In this document: positions 7,303 to 14,681 of the stretch, piece after piece
Numbering within the stretch: position 1 is the stretch's first letter
Layout: every line of letters begins with the position of its first letter
Assembly (NCBI RefSeq): GCF_002075285.3
Contig: NZ_CP021983.2
Location: 4,560,001 to 4,592,000, forward strand
Direction: 5' to 3'
From: Halomicronema hongdechloris C2206
GTDB taxonomy: Bacteria; Cyanobacteriota; Cyanobacteriia; Phormidesmidales; Phormidesmidaceae
Length of the DNA stretch: 32,000 nt
Program-made: the position numbers and the translations under genes
The notes under the pieces: generated by a model
What the model was told of the DNA's origin: nothing
Database searches by the model: none
What the model saw: the letters and a program-made list of their open reading frames with translations, nothing else

Positions 7303-8454
7303 ATGAAGATCAGCCTGCAACCGACACTTTTGCGCTGGGCGCGAGAACGCGCCGGCATGAGTGTAGACGTGTTGGCTAAGAAAATGAGCGTCAAGCCAGA
7401 GCGGATCACAGGCTGGGAAGCAAGCGGAGAGCTGACCTTCAAGCAAGCCCAGAAGCTAGCAGATATAACCCATACACCTTTTGGTTATCTTTATCTTCCA
7501 GAGCCGCCTCGAGAGACCCTCTCCATTCCCGACTTCCGCACCCTCCGAAATGAGGAAATGCGGCGGCCCAGTCCCGATCTGCTCGAGATTCTGAATCAGG
7601 CTCAACAAATTCAGAGTTGGTTTCGCGATGAATTGCTCGCCCGAGGTGAAACCCCCTTGTCCTTTGTGGGTAGTTTGCCTGTGGACATATCGATTAAAGC
7701 AGCGGCTGATCGCATCCGCGAGGTGATCAACTTTGAAGCCAGTCGAGATGCTCGTCCCTGGGAGGATGCACTCAAGCTGCAAACCGAGCAAATTGAGTCC
7801 ACAGGCGTGTTGGTTATGCGGAACAGCGTTGTCGGCGCCAATAATTGCCGCAAGCTTTCTGTAGATGAATTTCGGGGCTTTGCGCTGTCTGATGACTATG
7901 CGCCTCTGATCTTCATCAATTCTAGCGACTCTAAAGGAGCCCAGATATTTACCCTGGCCCATAAACTAGTGCATATTTGGGTGGGCGTATCTGGCATTTC
8001 TAACTTCGATAAAACCTATGCCGACCATGACGACCTTGAACGATTCTGTAACCAGGTTGCTGCTGAGTTACTTGTCCCAGCCGCTGAATTAAGAGATGCC
8101 TGGGCTGAGGCAGCGTCTCAAGAAGATTGGTTGCAACCTTTGACTCAGCGTTTCAAGGTCAGCACCCTGGTGGTTTTGCGCCGATTAAACGACCAAGAAT
8201 TGATTTCTAACAGTACCTTCCAGCAGCGTTATCAAGCTGAGCAGGAACGCTTTCAGGTCTCTGCTAATGAGCAAACAGGCGGAGGAGACTTTTATCGCAC
8301 GCAAATCTCTCGGTTTAGTAATCAATTTCTCATGGCCTTGGTGGAGAGCACCTTAGAGGGGCGTACCCCTTATCGAGATGCACTTAGGCTACTCAAGCTA
8401 TCTAAGGTCGAAACCTTTAAGCAGCTTGCAAGGGAACTTTCGGTCTCTGTCTAA
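7303..8454 (+). CDS. XRE-type HTH domain fused to an ImmA/IrrE (DUF955) metallopeptidase-like domain, with the HExxH motif changed to HKxxH
   Basis: 383 aa. The N-terminal HTH reads LLRWARERAGMSVDVLAKKMSV...TFKQAQKLADI. The peptidase core reads FRGFALSD..APLIFINS......QIFTLAHKLVHIWVG. The Lys codon AAA at 7963-7965 sits where the catalytic Glu is expected. Confidence 0.8.
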   Translation: MKISLQPTLLRWARERAGMSVDVLAKKMSVKPERITGWEASGELTFKQAQKLADITHTPFGYLYLPEPPRETLSIPDFRTLRNEEMRRPSPDLLEILNQAQQIQSWFRDELLARGETPLSFVGSLPVDISIKAAADRIREVINFEASRDARPWEDALKLQTEQIESTGVLVMRNSVVGANNCRKLSVDEFRGFALSDDYAPLIFINSSDSKGAQIFTLAHKLVHIWVGVSGISNFDKTYADHDDLERFCNQVAAELLVPAAELRDAWAEAASQEDWLQPLTQRFKVSTLVVLRRLNDQELISNSTFQQRYQAEQERFQVSANEQTGGGDFYRTQISRFSNQFLMALVESTLEGRTPYRDALRLLKLSKVETFKQLARELSVSV

Positions 8455-8461
8455 TACTCCA

Positions 8462-8743
8462 ATGGCCTATCTCCTCGACACCAATATATTTATTCAAGCC
8501 AAGAATGATTATTACGGCTTTGACCTGTGTCCGGGATTTTGGGCTTGGTTAGAGCAGCAGAATGAAGCAAATACGGTGTTTACCCATGAAGTCTTCAATC
8601 CTAGGCAACCGGGACGTCGAAAGATCAAAATTCCAGCGGTCTGCCATACTTTTGAAGTTCCCTATATCCGAATTTTTGAGATGTTACGTAAAGAGGGAGC
8701 CTTGTTTGTCTTAGAGGCTGCTTTAAAGCCTGAGAGACAGTAA
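8462..8743 (+). pseudogene. DUF4411 (PIN-like) gene with a large in-frame internal deletion
   Basis: MAYLLDTNIFIQAKNDYYGFDLCPGFWAWLEQQNEANTVF is the DUF4411 N-terminus. It joins directly (near nt 8581) to the C-terminal THEV....KIKIPAVCHTFEVPYIRIFEMLRKEGALFVL. The product is 93 aa, whereas I recall about 150-170 aa for the family. I chose the in-frame ATG at 8462 inside track ORF 8378..8743. Confidence 0.6.
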
Positions 8744-8845
8744 AAAAGCTCACACGGTATAGGCTGCTCAAGAGATTGTTCGGCATTAGATCTGGGATAA
8801 GTCGTGATGCATATGACTGAGACGCGTAGCTCAGCCTACGCCACT

Positions 8846-9427
8846 CTAAGCGGCCCAGAGCAGCGATAGGGATACCATAAATTCGGGCAGAACGGCTTCC
8901 CCAGATAATTGCTCAGGATTGTCTAATACTTCGATGGTGCCGCCCTCACGAAAAATGCCAACCCGGCGCTGTTGAGGATCGATGAGCCAACCCAGGCGAG
9001 TGCCGTTGGCCTGATATTCCTGTAGCTTGGCATAGCCATCTTGCCAGCGATCGCTGGGCGACAGCAGCTCCACCGCAAAGTCAGGGCACAGGGGCAAGAA
9101 CCGCTGGCGCTGATCTGGGGTGAGCTCGTCCCAGCGGTGGTGAGGAATCCAGGCGGCATCGGGTGAGCGGATAGCGCCATTGGGCAGCACAAACCCGGTG
9201 GAGGAGTCAAAGGTGACGCCCAGCTGCGTTCGGCGATTCCACAGGTTCAGTTCTGCGTTCAAATCGGAGCTGCGCTTGCCGGTTTCTCCCCCCGTCGGTG
9301 GCATGATGATCAACTCTCCAGTGGCCGTCCGCTCCAGCTGCACATCAGGATTGTGGGCACAGAGCCGCAGGAACTGATCATCGGTCAGTTGCACCACCGA
9401 ATTGAGATTCAAGGTCAGCGTGCTCAT
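8846..9427 (-). CDS. Uma2 family (DUF820) PD-(D/E)xK restriction-endonuclease-like protein
   Basis: 193 aa. Family-typical features are E...GELIIMPPTGGETG, ....P.GAIRSPDAAWI and PDFAVELLSPSD (the nuclease core), followed by K...Y...G...GWLIDP..R.V. Confidence 0.85.
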   Translation of the reverse strand: MSTLTLNLNSVVQLTDDQFLRLCAHNPDVQLERTATGELIIMPPTGGETGKRSSDLNAELNLWNRRTQLGVTFDSSTGFVLPNGAIRSPDAAWIPHHRWDELTPDQRQRFLPLCPDFAVELLSPSDRWQDGYAKLQEYQANGTRLGWLIDPQQRRVGIFREGGTIEVLDNPEQLSGEAVLPEFMVSLSLLWAA

Positions 9428-9819
9428 GGGGAATCGTTGGCCAAATCTTGGGCCGCTGCCACTAGTTTATCCAGGGTGGCATCGAGATCCGCTGGGCGCA
9501 GGTTTTTAACGCTAATGGATTTGCCTCCGGCCTCTAGGGTGAACTCGATGGGCTTTCCCGGCAGGCGGGCCTGGACATCCTGGCCCAGGGCCTTAATCCC
9601 CTCGATGGTGATCTCGGCGGTGAGAATGCTCCACAGCCAAGCAGCAACTCCCATGCCGCCAGCGGGTACTTGGGGGTCGGCCACCCGGTTGATCTGGTCC
9701 ACCTCGTCTAGCTGGCTGAGATCTTGAAAGAGGCTGGTGGTGATGGTTTCTTGGTGGTCTAGGGGCACATCAGCCATGCCTTGACGCCAGTCGATGGTTA
9801 ACCTCACCCGCTTAGCCAT
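9424..9819 (-). CDS. EACC1-like small protein (effector-associated constant component type)
   Basis: 131 aa. The pattern is an acidic N-terminal part, then P..GGMGV..W.. (small hydrophobic segment), then ...IEFTLEAGGKSISVKNLRPADLDATLDKLV. This fits my recollection of the EACC1 family and is not verified by any search. GGAG lies 9 nt upstream of the ATG. The stop overlaps the Uma2 start (ATGA, 9424-9427). Confidence 0.55.
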   Translation of the reverse strand: MAKRVRLTIDWRQGMADVPLDHQETITTSLFQDLSQLDEVDQINRVADPQVPAGGMGVAAWLWSILTAEITIEGIKALGQDVQARLPGKPIEFTLEAGGKSISVKNLRPADLDATLDKLVAAAQDLANDSP

Positions 9820-9824
9820 GGGTT

Positions 9825-10123
9825 TTAGCTCCGTGCTTGATAGTCAGGGGACTGTGCCAGGCTCAAGCTAGCATTTTGCTTAGTGTAGAGCCACCTAGCT
9901 GTCAATAACTCCACTAAGTCAGCTTTCTTTACTTTGGAATAGCCAGCCAGCTGATGCTGCTTTGCCATTTGCCGTAACTGCTGCGTGCTAAATGATTCCA
10001 GGAGTTTAGCCCGGATATCTCACGAGAGAAGAGGAATCGGGGGTCATGCAATCTAAGTTGCTGTCTTAGCGTAACCTCATCCAGCTCAATCGCCATTGAC
10101 GCGCCAACCGACGGTCTCTCCAC
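9825..10123 (-). pseudogene. Possible frameshifted small ORF with a Rho_N/SAP-like C-terminal motif, ending 5 nt upstream of the EACC1-like gene
   Basis: Track ORF 9929..10123 (MAIELDEVTLRQQLRLHDPRFLFSREIS..) continues sensibly only after a frame change near 10020. The shifted frame reads ..RAKLLESFSTQQLRQMAKQHQLAGYSKVKKADLVELLTAR.., with its stop at 9825-9827. The pattern L..LA...gi.GYSK..KA.L...L is Rho_N-like. Confidence 0.25.
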
Positions 10124-10206
10124 TTTTCAAGCCGGTTCCAGCATTCAAAGTCGTATCAAGGCACTTTTTTAGAGTTATCCGCAGCCGGCAGAGGTTTTGT
10201 CAGTGC

Positions 10207-11109
10207 TTACCGCAGGGCAAACTTGCGCACGGCGAGCAGACTGCCCATCAGTCCCACGATGCTGCCTAGAGAAAACAGGGACACTGGCAATAGCAGGGAT
10301 TGCTGGACGGTGAGTTGCAGGCCATTGACCAGGAATTGCACGAAATCTGGCTGCTGGGCCACTAGTTCCTCAATAAATCGATGGATCCCCAACAAACAGC
10401 CCCAGGAAATGCCGGCGCCGACGATACCAAAGCAGGCCCCTTGCAGGATGAATGGCAAGTAAATCCAAGCGGCGGTGGCGCCGACCAGCTGCATCACTTC
10501 GATCTCACGGCGGCGGGCCAACACGATCAGGCGAATTGTGGTGGTGATGACGGCCATGGCGGTGAGGCTAAGCAGGGTAATCACGCCAATGCTGACCCAG
10601 CGCAATCCTTGATTTAGTTGGGCCAGGCGCTGGACGGCTTCGTCGATGTAGCTAACCTCATCCACCCCTTGCAGAGTCGTCAGTTGGTCGGCCAGGGCGG
10701 GGACATCCTCGGAAGAGCGGGCCTTGACCTTGAGCTCATCCACTAAGGGATTGCCATTGAGTTGTTCGGTGGCCCCTTCGATGTCGGCAAGGCCCAGGTC
10801 GTCTACTAGGGCTTCCCAGGCCTCCTCTTTGCTGACAGTGGTCACTTGCATCACCTCGGGCATGGCCTCTACCGTGGGACGCAGGGTATCCGCCGGGATG
10901 CCGCTCTCTAAATAGGCAGAGACTTCTAATTGGCTGCCGAATTGGTTGAGCAGGCTTTCCAGCTGCCAGGTGGATTGCAGGCTGATGCCGAAGAGGAACA
11001 GCAGCACCGTAATCGTACTGACGGCGGCCCAATTCATCCAACCACCCCGGCGCAGGCCTAGGAGGGTTTCCCGTAGCAAATAGTCAAGCTTGGTGAAGAA
11101 TTTGAGCAT
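10207..11109 (-). CDS. ftsX: Cell-division ABC-type permease-like protein FtsX
   Basis: 300 aa. It has the N-terminus RETLLGLRRGGWMNWAAVSTI, a periplasmic loop, then three C-terminal TM helices with REIEVMQLVGATAAWI. This is the typical FtsX layout. Confidence 0.85.
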   Translation of the reverse strand: MLKFFTKLDYLLRETLLGLRRGGWMNWAAVSTITVLLFLFGISLQSTWQLESLLNQFGSQLEVSAYLESGIPADTLRPTVEAMPEVMQVTTVSKEEAWEALVDDLGLADIEGATEQLNGNPLVDELKVKARSSEDVPALADQLTTLQGVDEVSYIDEAVQRLAQLNQGLRWVSIGVITLLSLTAMAVITTTIRLIVLARRREIEVMQLVGATAAWIYLPFILQGACFGIVGAGISWGCLLGIHRFIEELVAQQPDFVQFLVNGLQLTVQQSLLLPVSLFSLGSIVGLMGSLLAVRKFALR

Positions 11110-11139
11110 AGTGGGCTGGGGCCGATAATGGCAGGACCA

Positions 11140-11179
11140 AGACGCTAGATGTAGAGAATCTGGTCTACGCTAGGCGTCT
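11140..11179. promoter_or_regulatory. 40-nt imperfect palindrome in the ftsX / phytase-like divergent intergenic region
   Basis: AGACGCTAGATGTAGA-gaatctgg-TCTACGCTAGGCGTCT forms about 15 pairs with two single-nucleotide bulges and one G-U pair. Confidence 0.3.
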
Positions 11180-11459
11180 GCTCTAAGGCTTGTCAAGTCA
11201 TGTTAGTAATTAGTAATCAGAAGCGCAGAGTGCTGATGTATCCGGGAATTGGCAGGCTGGGGAAGCCAGGGGAGAGCCGGTCAGGTACACTGCGATTGAT
11301 GGCTATAATACCGATTTTCTGCGCTGCGACTATACAGTCTACGCCCTGACTCCAAGCGATCCACGGGCGGAGCTCACGTGAGAAATGGTATGGCTTGCTG
11401 ACCTGGCTGGGAGACTGCCCAGTGATGTCATTGACCTGAGATAAGGGAAAGGGGTATCC

Positions 11460-12596
11460 ATGGTCCGACTGCGTTCCGTTCTGGTGCTGTGCCTGGCCTT
11501 AGCCCTGGTGTGTCTGAGCAGCTGTAGTTTACCTAGAGTCAGCGCCGAGGAGCGGTTGTTTCTCGATCTCTCCACCGAGTTACTCGATGTCTATGAACTG
11601 CCGACACAAATGGTTCAGGGGGTGCCTTTAGGGGGGCTCTCGGCGTTGGCCTATGATGCCCAGACCGATCGCCTCTATGCCCTCTGCGATGATCGGCAAC
11701 GGCCGCGGCTCTATGTCCTGTCTCTGTCGGTAAATAAGGATGCCCGGGGGCAGCCCCGGTTGGCGCAAGTTGCGATCGCAAATGTGATCTTCCTGAAAAA
11801 CTCAGACGGAGAACCCTACCCGGCCAATACCGTTGATCCAGAAGGATTGGCCCTCTCACCTCGCCAGACCGTCTTCATCACCAGCGAGGGAGTACCCGCC
11901 ACTAACTCTCCCCCCTTCATCGCTGAATTCAACCGTGACGGCCAAGCCCTGACCTCCTTTCGCCTGCCCGATCGCTTCCTGCCAGACGACCCGCAACAAC
12001 CGACCCGAGGGGTGCAGGAGAACCTGGGTCTAGAGGCCCTGACCCTCAACGCTGTCCCCAGTCCGATGGGCATGGTAGACCCCTTTCGCCTATTCACCGC
12101 CAGCGAATCGGCCCTGGTGCAAGACTATGACGACGACCCCAGCCATGCCCTCAACAGCCGCTTCTTGCATTACCTCATCGGGCCAGAGCAAGCAACCCTG
12201 CTGGCCGAACACCTCTATCCCCTAGAGCTCGAACCCCAAGGCGCCATCGTCAACGGCCTCACCGAGTTGCTGGCCCTAGATCAAGGCGGCCATTTCCTGG
12301 CGCTGGAGCGGTCCTTTGGCCTGAAGGGGTTTCAGAACCAGCTGTTTCAAATGGCCATAGGCGGGGCCACCGATACCTCGACCATGGCCAGTCTGGATGG
12401 CGTCGGTGATTCGATTCGGCTGATTCGTAAGCGGCTCCTATTCGATTTCGCCACGATAGACGGGCCCCAGGATAACCTAGAGGGCATGAGCCTAGGCCCC
12501 CGGCTCCCAGATGGCAGCCGCAGTCTGCTGCTGGTCAGTGATGACAATTTCAATGCCGACCAGGCCACGCTGCTGTTTTTGTTCCGGCTGCAGTAG
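11460..12596 (+). CDS. Esterase-like activity of phytase family protein, probable lipoprotein
   Basis: 378 aa. The signal peptide has a lipobox-like LSSC. GGLSALAYDAQTDRLYALCDD, PEGLALSP and NLEGMSLGP...LLLVSDDNF are typical of the phytase-like esterase family. Confidence 0.75.
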   Translation: MVRLRSVLVLCLALALVCLSSCSLPRVSAEERLFLDLSTELLDVYELPTQMVQGVPLGGLSALAYDAQTDRLYALCDDRQRPRLYVLSLSVNKDARGQPRLAQVAIANVIFLKNSDGEPYPANTVDPEGLALSPRQTVFITSEGVPATNSPPFIAEFNRDGQALTSFRLPDRFLPDDPQQPTRGVQENLGLEALTLNAVPSPMGMVDPFRLFTASESALVQDYDDDPSHALNSRFLHYLIGPEQATLLAEHLYPLELEPQGAIVNGLTELLALDQGGHFLALERSFGLKGFQNQLFQMAIGGATDTSTMASLDGVGDSIRLIRKRLLFDFATIDGPQDNLEGMSLGPRLPDGSRSLLLVSDDNFNADQATLLFLFRLQ

Positions 12597-12613
12597 CCCC
12601 GGGCCATGACAAT

Positions 12614-12638
12614 GCCCCCGGCCAGGGAAACCGGGGGC
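12614..12638. terminator. Bidirectional stem-loop between convergent genes
   Basis: GCCCCCGG-ccagggaaa-CCGGGGGC, followed by GTTT. Confidence 0.55.
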
Positions 12639-12684
12639 GTTTAGGGTGACTCAACTCTGCCATCACCCTAGCTTTAGAACAGGG

Positions 12685-13035
12685 TTAGGCTTGCTCGAGA
12701 GTGTCTTGGCGCAGCTGATCGAAGTCGACAGCGTCTTTGTCCAGGTTTTCCTGCCGCAGCTGGTCGAAGTCCACCTTGCCAGACTTGTTGAGGTTTTCCT
12801 GGCGGATCTCGTCGAAATCGACGGCGTCTTTGTCCAGGTTTTCGCGGCGTAGCTGGTCGAAGTCGACTTTGCCGGACTTATCCAGGTTTTCCTGGCGGAT
12901 CTCGTCGAAGTTGACGGCATCCTTCTCTAGATTTTCCCGCCGCAGCTGGTCGAAGTCGGGGGCGGCGTAGCTAGCTGGGGCCGCCACAATGCCAAGGGTG
13001 GTGACTGCCAGGAGAGATAAGGCAAAGCGTTTCAT
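12685..13035 (-). CDS. Secreted protein made almost entirely of alternating 15/16-residue charged repeats
   Basis: Track ORF 12685..13074. I prefer the start MKRFALSLLAVTTLGIVAAPASYA at 13035 (GGAG 8 nt upstream). A signal peptide is followed by six FD(Q/E)(L/I)R(R/Q)ENL(D/E/N)K.. units. Confidence 0.7.
   Translation of the reverse strand: MKRFALSLLAVTTLGIVAAPASYAAPDFDQLRRENLEKDAVNFDEIRQENLDKSGKVDFDQLRRENLDKDAVDFDEIRQENLNKSGKVDFDQLRQENLDKDAVDFDQLRQDTLEQA
12688..12957 (-). repeat. Coding tandem repeat with a ~93-nt super-unit made of 48-nt and 45-nt sub-units
   Basis: Two sub-unit flavours occur. FDEIRQENL(D/N)KSGKVD appears twice. FDQLR(R/Q)ENL(D/E)KDAV(D/N) appears three times. The array ends with a truncated FDQLRQDTLEQA. 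Confidence 0.85.
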
Positions 13036-13291
13036 GGTCATTGCTCCTTCAGGTGTGTTCAACGAATCAATCATCTTGAGTCCTATAGTGATGGGGGCAC
13101 CTGAAGGGTCTCTGACCGCTACCTAAGCGGTCGATAAGGGATTTCTGAGAAAGCTGAAAACCAGCCGGGAAAGGGCTGAATCACAGTGCCCAGGGAACTG
13201 AGAAGCATCACCGGCCCGAGGCTCAGGCATCTGAAGCGCATCAACAAGCATGATAGATAAAGGAATCTACCTCCTCCTCAGCGCCGATCGT

Positions 13292-13663
13292 CTAGGGCAT
13301 AGACATCGGGTCGGCAGAAATCCAAGTGCGGCGGTTGATGCACTGACTAAACTGGTCCATCGTTGCTGCCATCAACTGAGAGGCCACCCCCTGATTCCAA
13401 TAGTCGGGATGCACGGTCAGCGGACCAAAGTTGCCCAGGCTGCCCCAGCGGGTCAGAAAGTTGCCGCCGATGAGCCGTCCTTGATGCTTTGCCGCAATGG
13501 CAACGCCAGGCTCAAGGTGCCAGCGGTGCATATAGCCGGCATCCCCAAACATATGTCGGGGCTCTGCCAGGCCGGCAGCAGTGCCGAAGGCCAGCCGAAA
13601 GATGTGGTCGGCCTGGGGTAACTCTTCCCGCTGTAAAGGACAAATAGTAATCGCTAGGCTCAT
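13292..13663 (-). CDS. GNAT-family N-acetyltransferase, probably a truncated N-terminal fragment
   Basis: The GNAT-like portion reads IFRLAFGT....P..F.GDA.Y...W......AIAAKHQGRLIGGNFLTRWGSLGNFGPLTVHPDYWNQGVASQLM. The product ends at 123 aa with a non-family tail, whereas homologues I recall are much longer. Confidence 0.5.
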   Translation of the reverse strand: MSLAITICPLQREELPQADHIFRLAFGTAAGLAEPRHMFGDAGYMHRWHLEPGVAIAAKHQGRLIGGNFLTRWGSLGNFGPLTVHPDYWNQGVASQLMAATMDQFSQCINRRTWISADPMSMP

Positions 13664-13856
13664 GGTTTGGCATGATGGGGTTGATGGCGCTGCCTAGACA
13701 ACGCCTGAGAGAACATTTGGAAACTCGGCTGAAAGGCCTGTAAGGTAGGCGTTTTAGAGCGTATGGCTCCGTTGGCCAGAAGCCAGTCTGGAGCAAGGTT
13801 GCAGGGTCTTTCCAAATATCCTCTGATTCAGAGTTAACAATACCTAGTTGCTGTCC

Positions 13857-14663
13857 ATGCAGATTCAGACAATTCAGGGCCAACCCGCCAGTATCCTAGG
13901 CTTGGCAGGCCAAGAGCCAATGGAGTCAGGCTGTGTCGATCTGGCCTGGCAGGCTGGGGTCAACTACTTCTTTTCCTATGACCTGGGTGATAGCCCCCTG
14001 CTCAGGGACTTGCACCAGCTACTGAAGCAGCATCGTGAGCAGGCTATCGTGGCCACGGGCAGTGAACGCCGGGAACTGAAGTCTTGGCAAACGTATATCG
14101 AACAGGTACGGCAGACCCTAGCCATCGATACCGTCGACATTCTCTTCGCCGAGTATGTGTCCCCCGCCGATGACTGGCAGCAGGTCATGACGCTGCTGGA
14201 GCAGCTGTACGAGTGGAAAGCCGCCGGTCTGATCCGCTATGTCGGCGTCACTACCCACACCCGTGCCATCGCCCAGCGGTTGCTCCAGGAATCTCGCTGT
14301 GATGTGCTGATGCATCGCTACAACATGGCCCACCGCAAGGCCGAAGCAGCGGTCCTGCCAGCGGCGCTGGCAGCCGATATTCCCGTCGTCGCTTTTACCA
14401 GTACCCGCTGGGGCACCCTGCTGCAGGGCCATCCCGCCTGGCCTACCGATCCTCCGACGGCGGCTGACTGCTATCGTTTCGGGCTGCATCAGCCCGCCAT
14501 TCGGCTGGTGCTGACGGCACCCAAGACCCGCGACGACCTGGAGGCGAATCTGGCTGTCCTAGAGGCGCCTTCCTTGTCGGCTGAAGAGGTGGCTCACTGG
14601 CAACGGTACGGCGATCTAGTCTATGGCCAGGGGCAAGATGCCTTTGAGACCAATTGGCCCTGA
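13857..14663 (+). CDS. Aldo/keto reductase family oxidoreductase
   Basis: Track ORF 13848 (TTG)..14663, and I prefer the in-frame ATG at 13857. The AKR-like pattern is VDILFAEYV...L..L...GLIRYVGVTTH....A..L......DVLMHRYN. Confidence 0.75.
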   Translation: MQIQTIQGQPASILGLAGQEPMESGCVDLAWQAGVNYFFSYDLGDSPLLRDLHQLLKQHREQAIVATGSERRELKSWQTYIEQVRQTLAIDTVDILFAEYVSPADDWQQVMTLLEQLYEWKAAGLIRYVGVTTHTRAIAQRLLQESRCDVLMHRYNMAHRKAEAAVLPAALAADIPVVAFTSTRWGTLLQGHPAWPTDPPTAADCYRFGLHQPAIRLVLTAPKTRDDLEANLAVLEAPSLSAEEVAHWQRYGDLVYGQGQDAFETNWP

Positions 14664-14681
14664 TGTTAACACCGGCATAGG

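Noticed and set aside
12688-12957. A regular ~48/93-nt periodic repeat that could superficially suggest a CRISPR-like array
   Set aside because: There are no unique spacers. The repeats are contiguous, stay in one open reading frame behind a signal peptide, and vary mainly at synonymous or conservative positions, so this is a coding tandem repeat.
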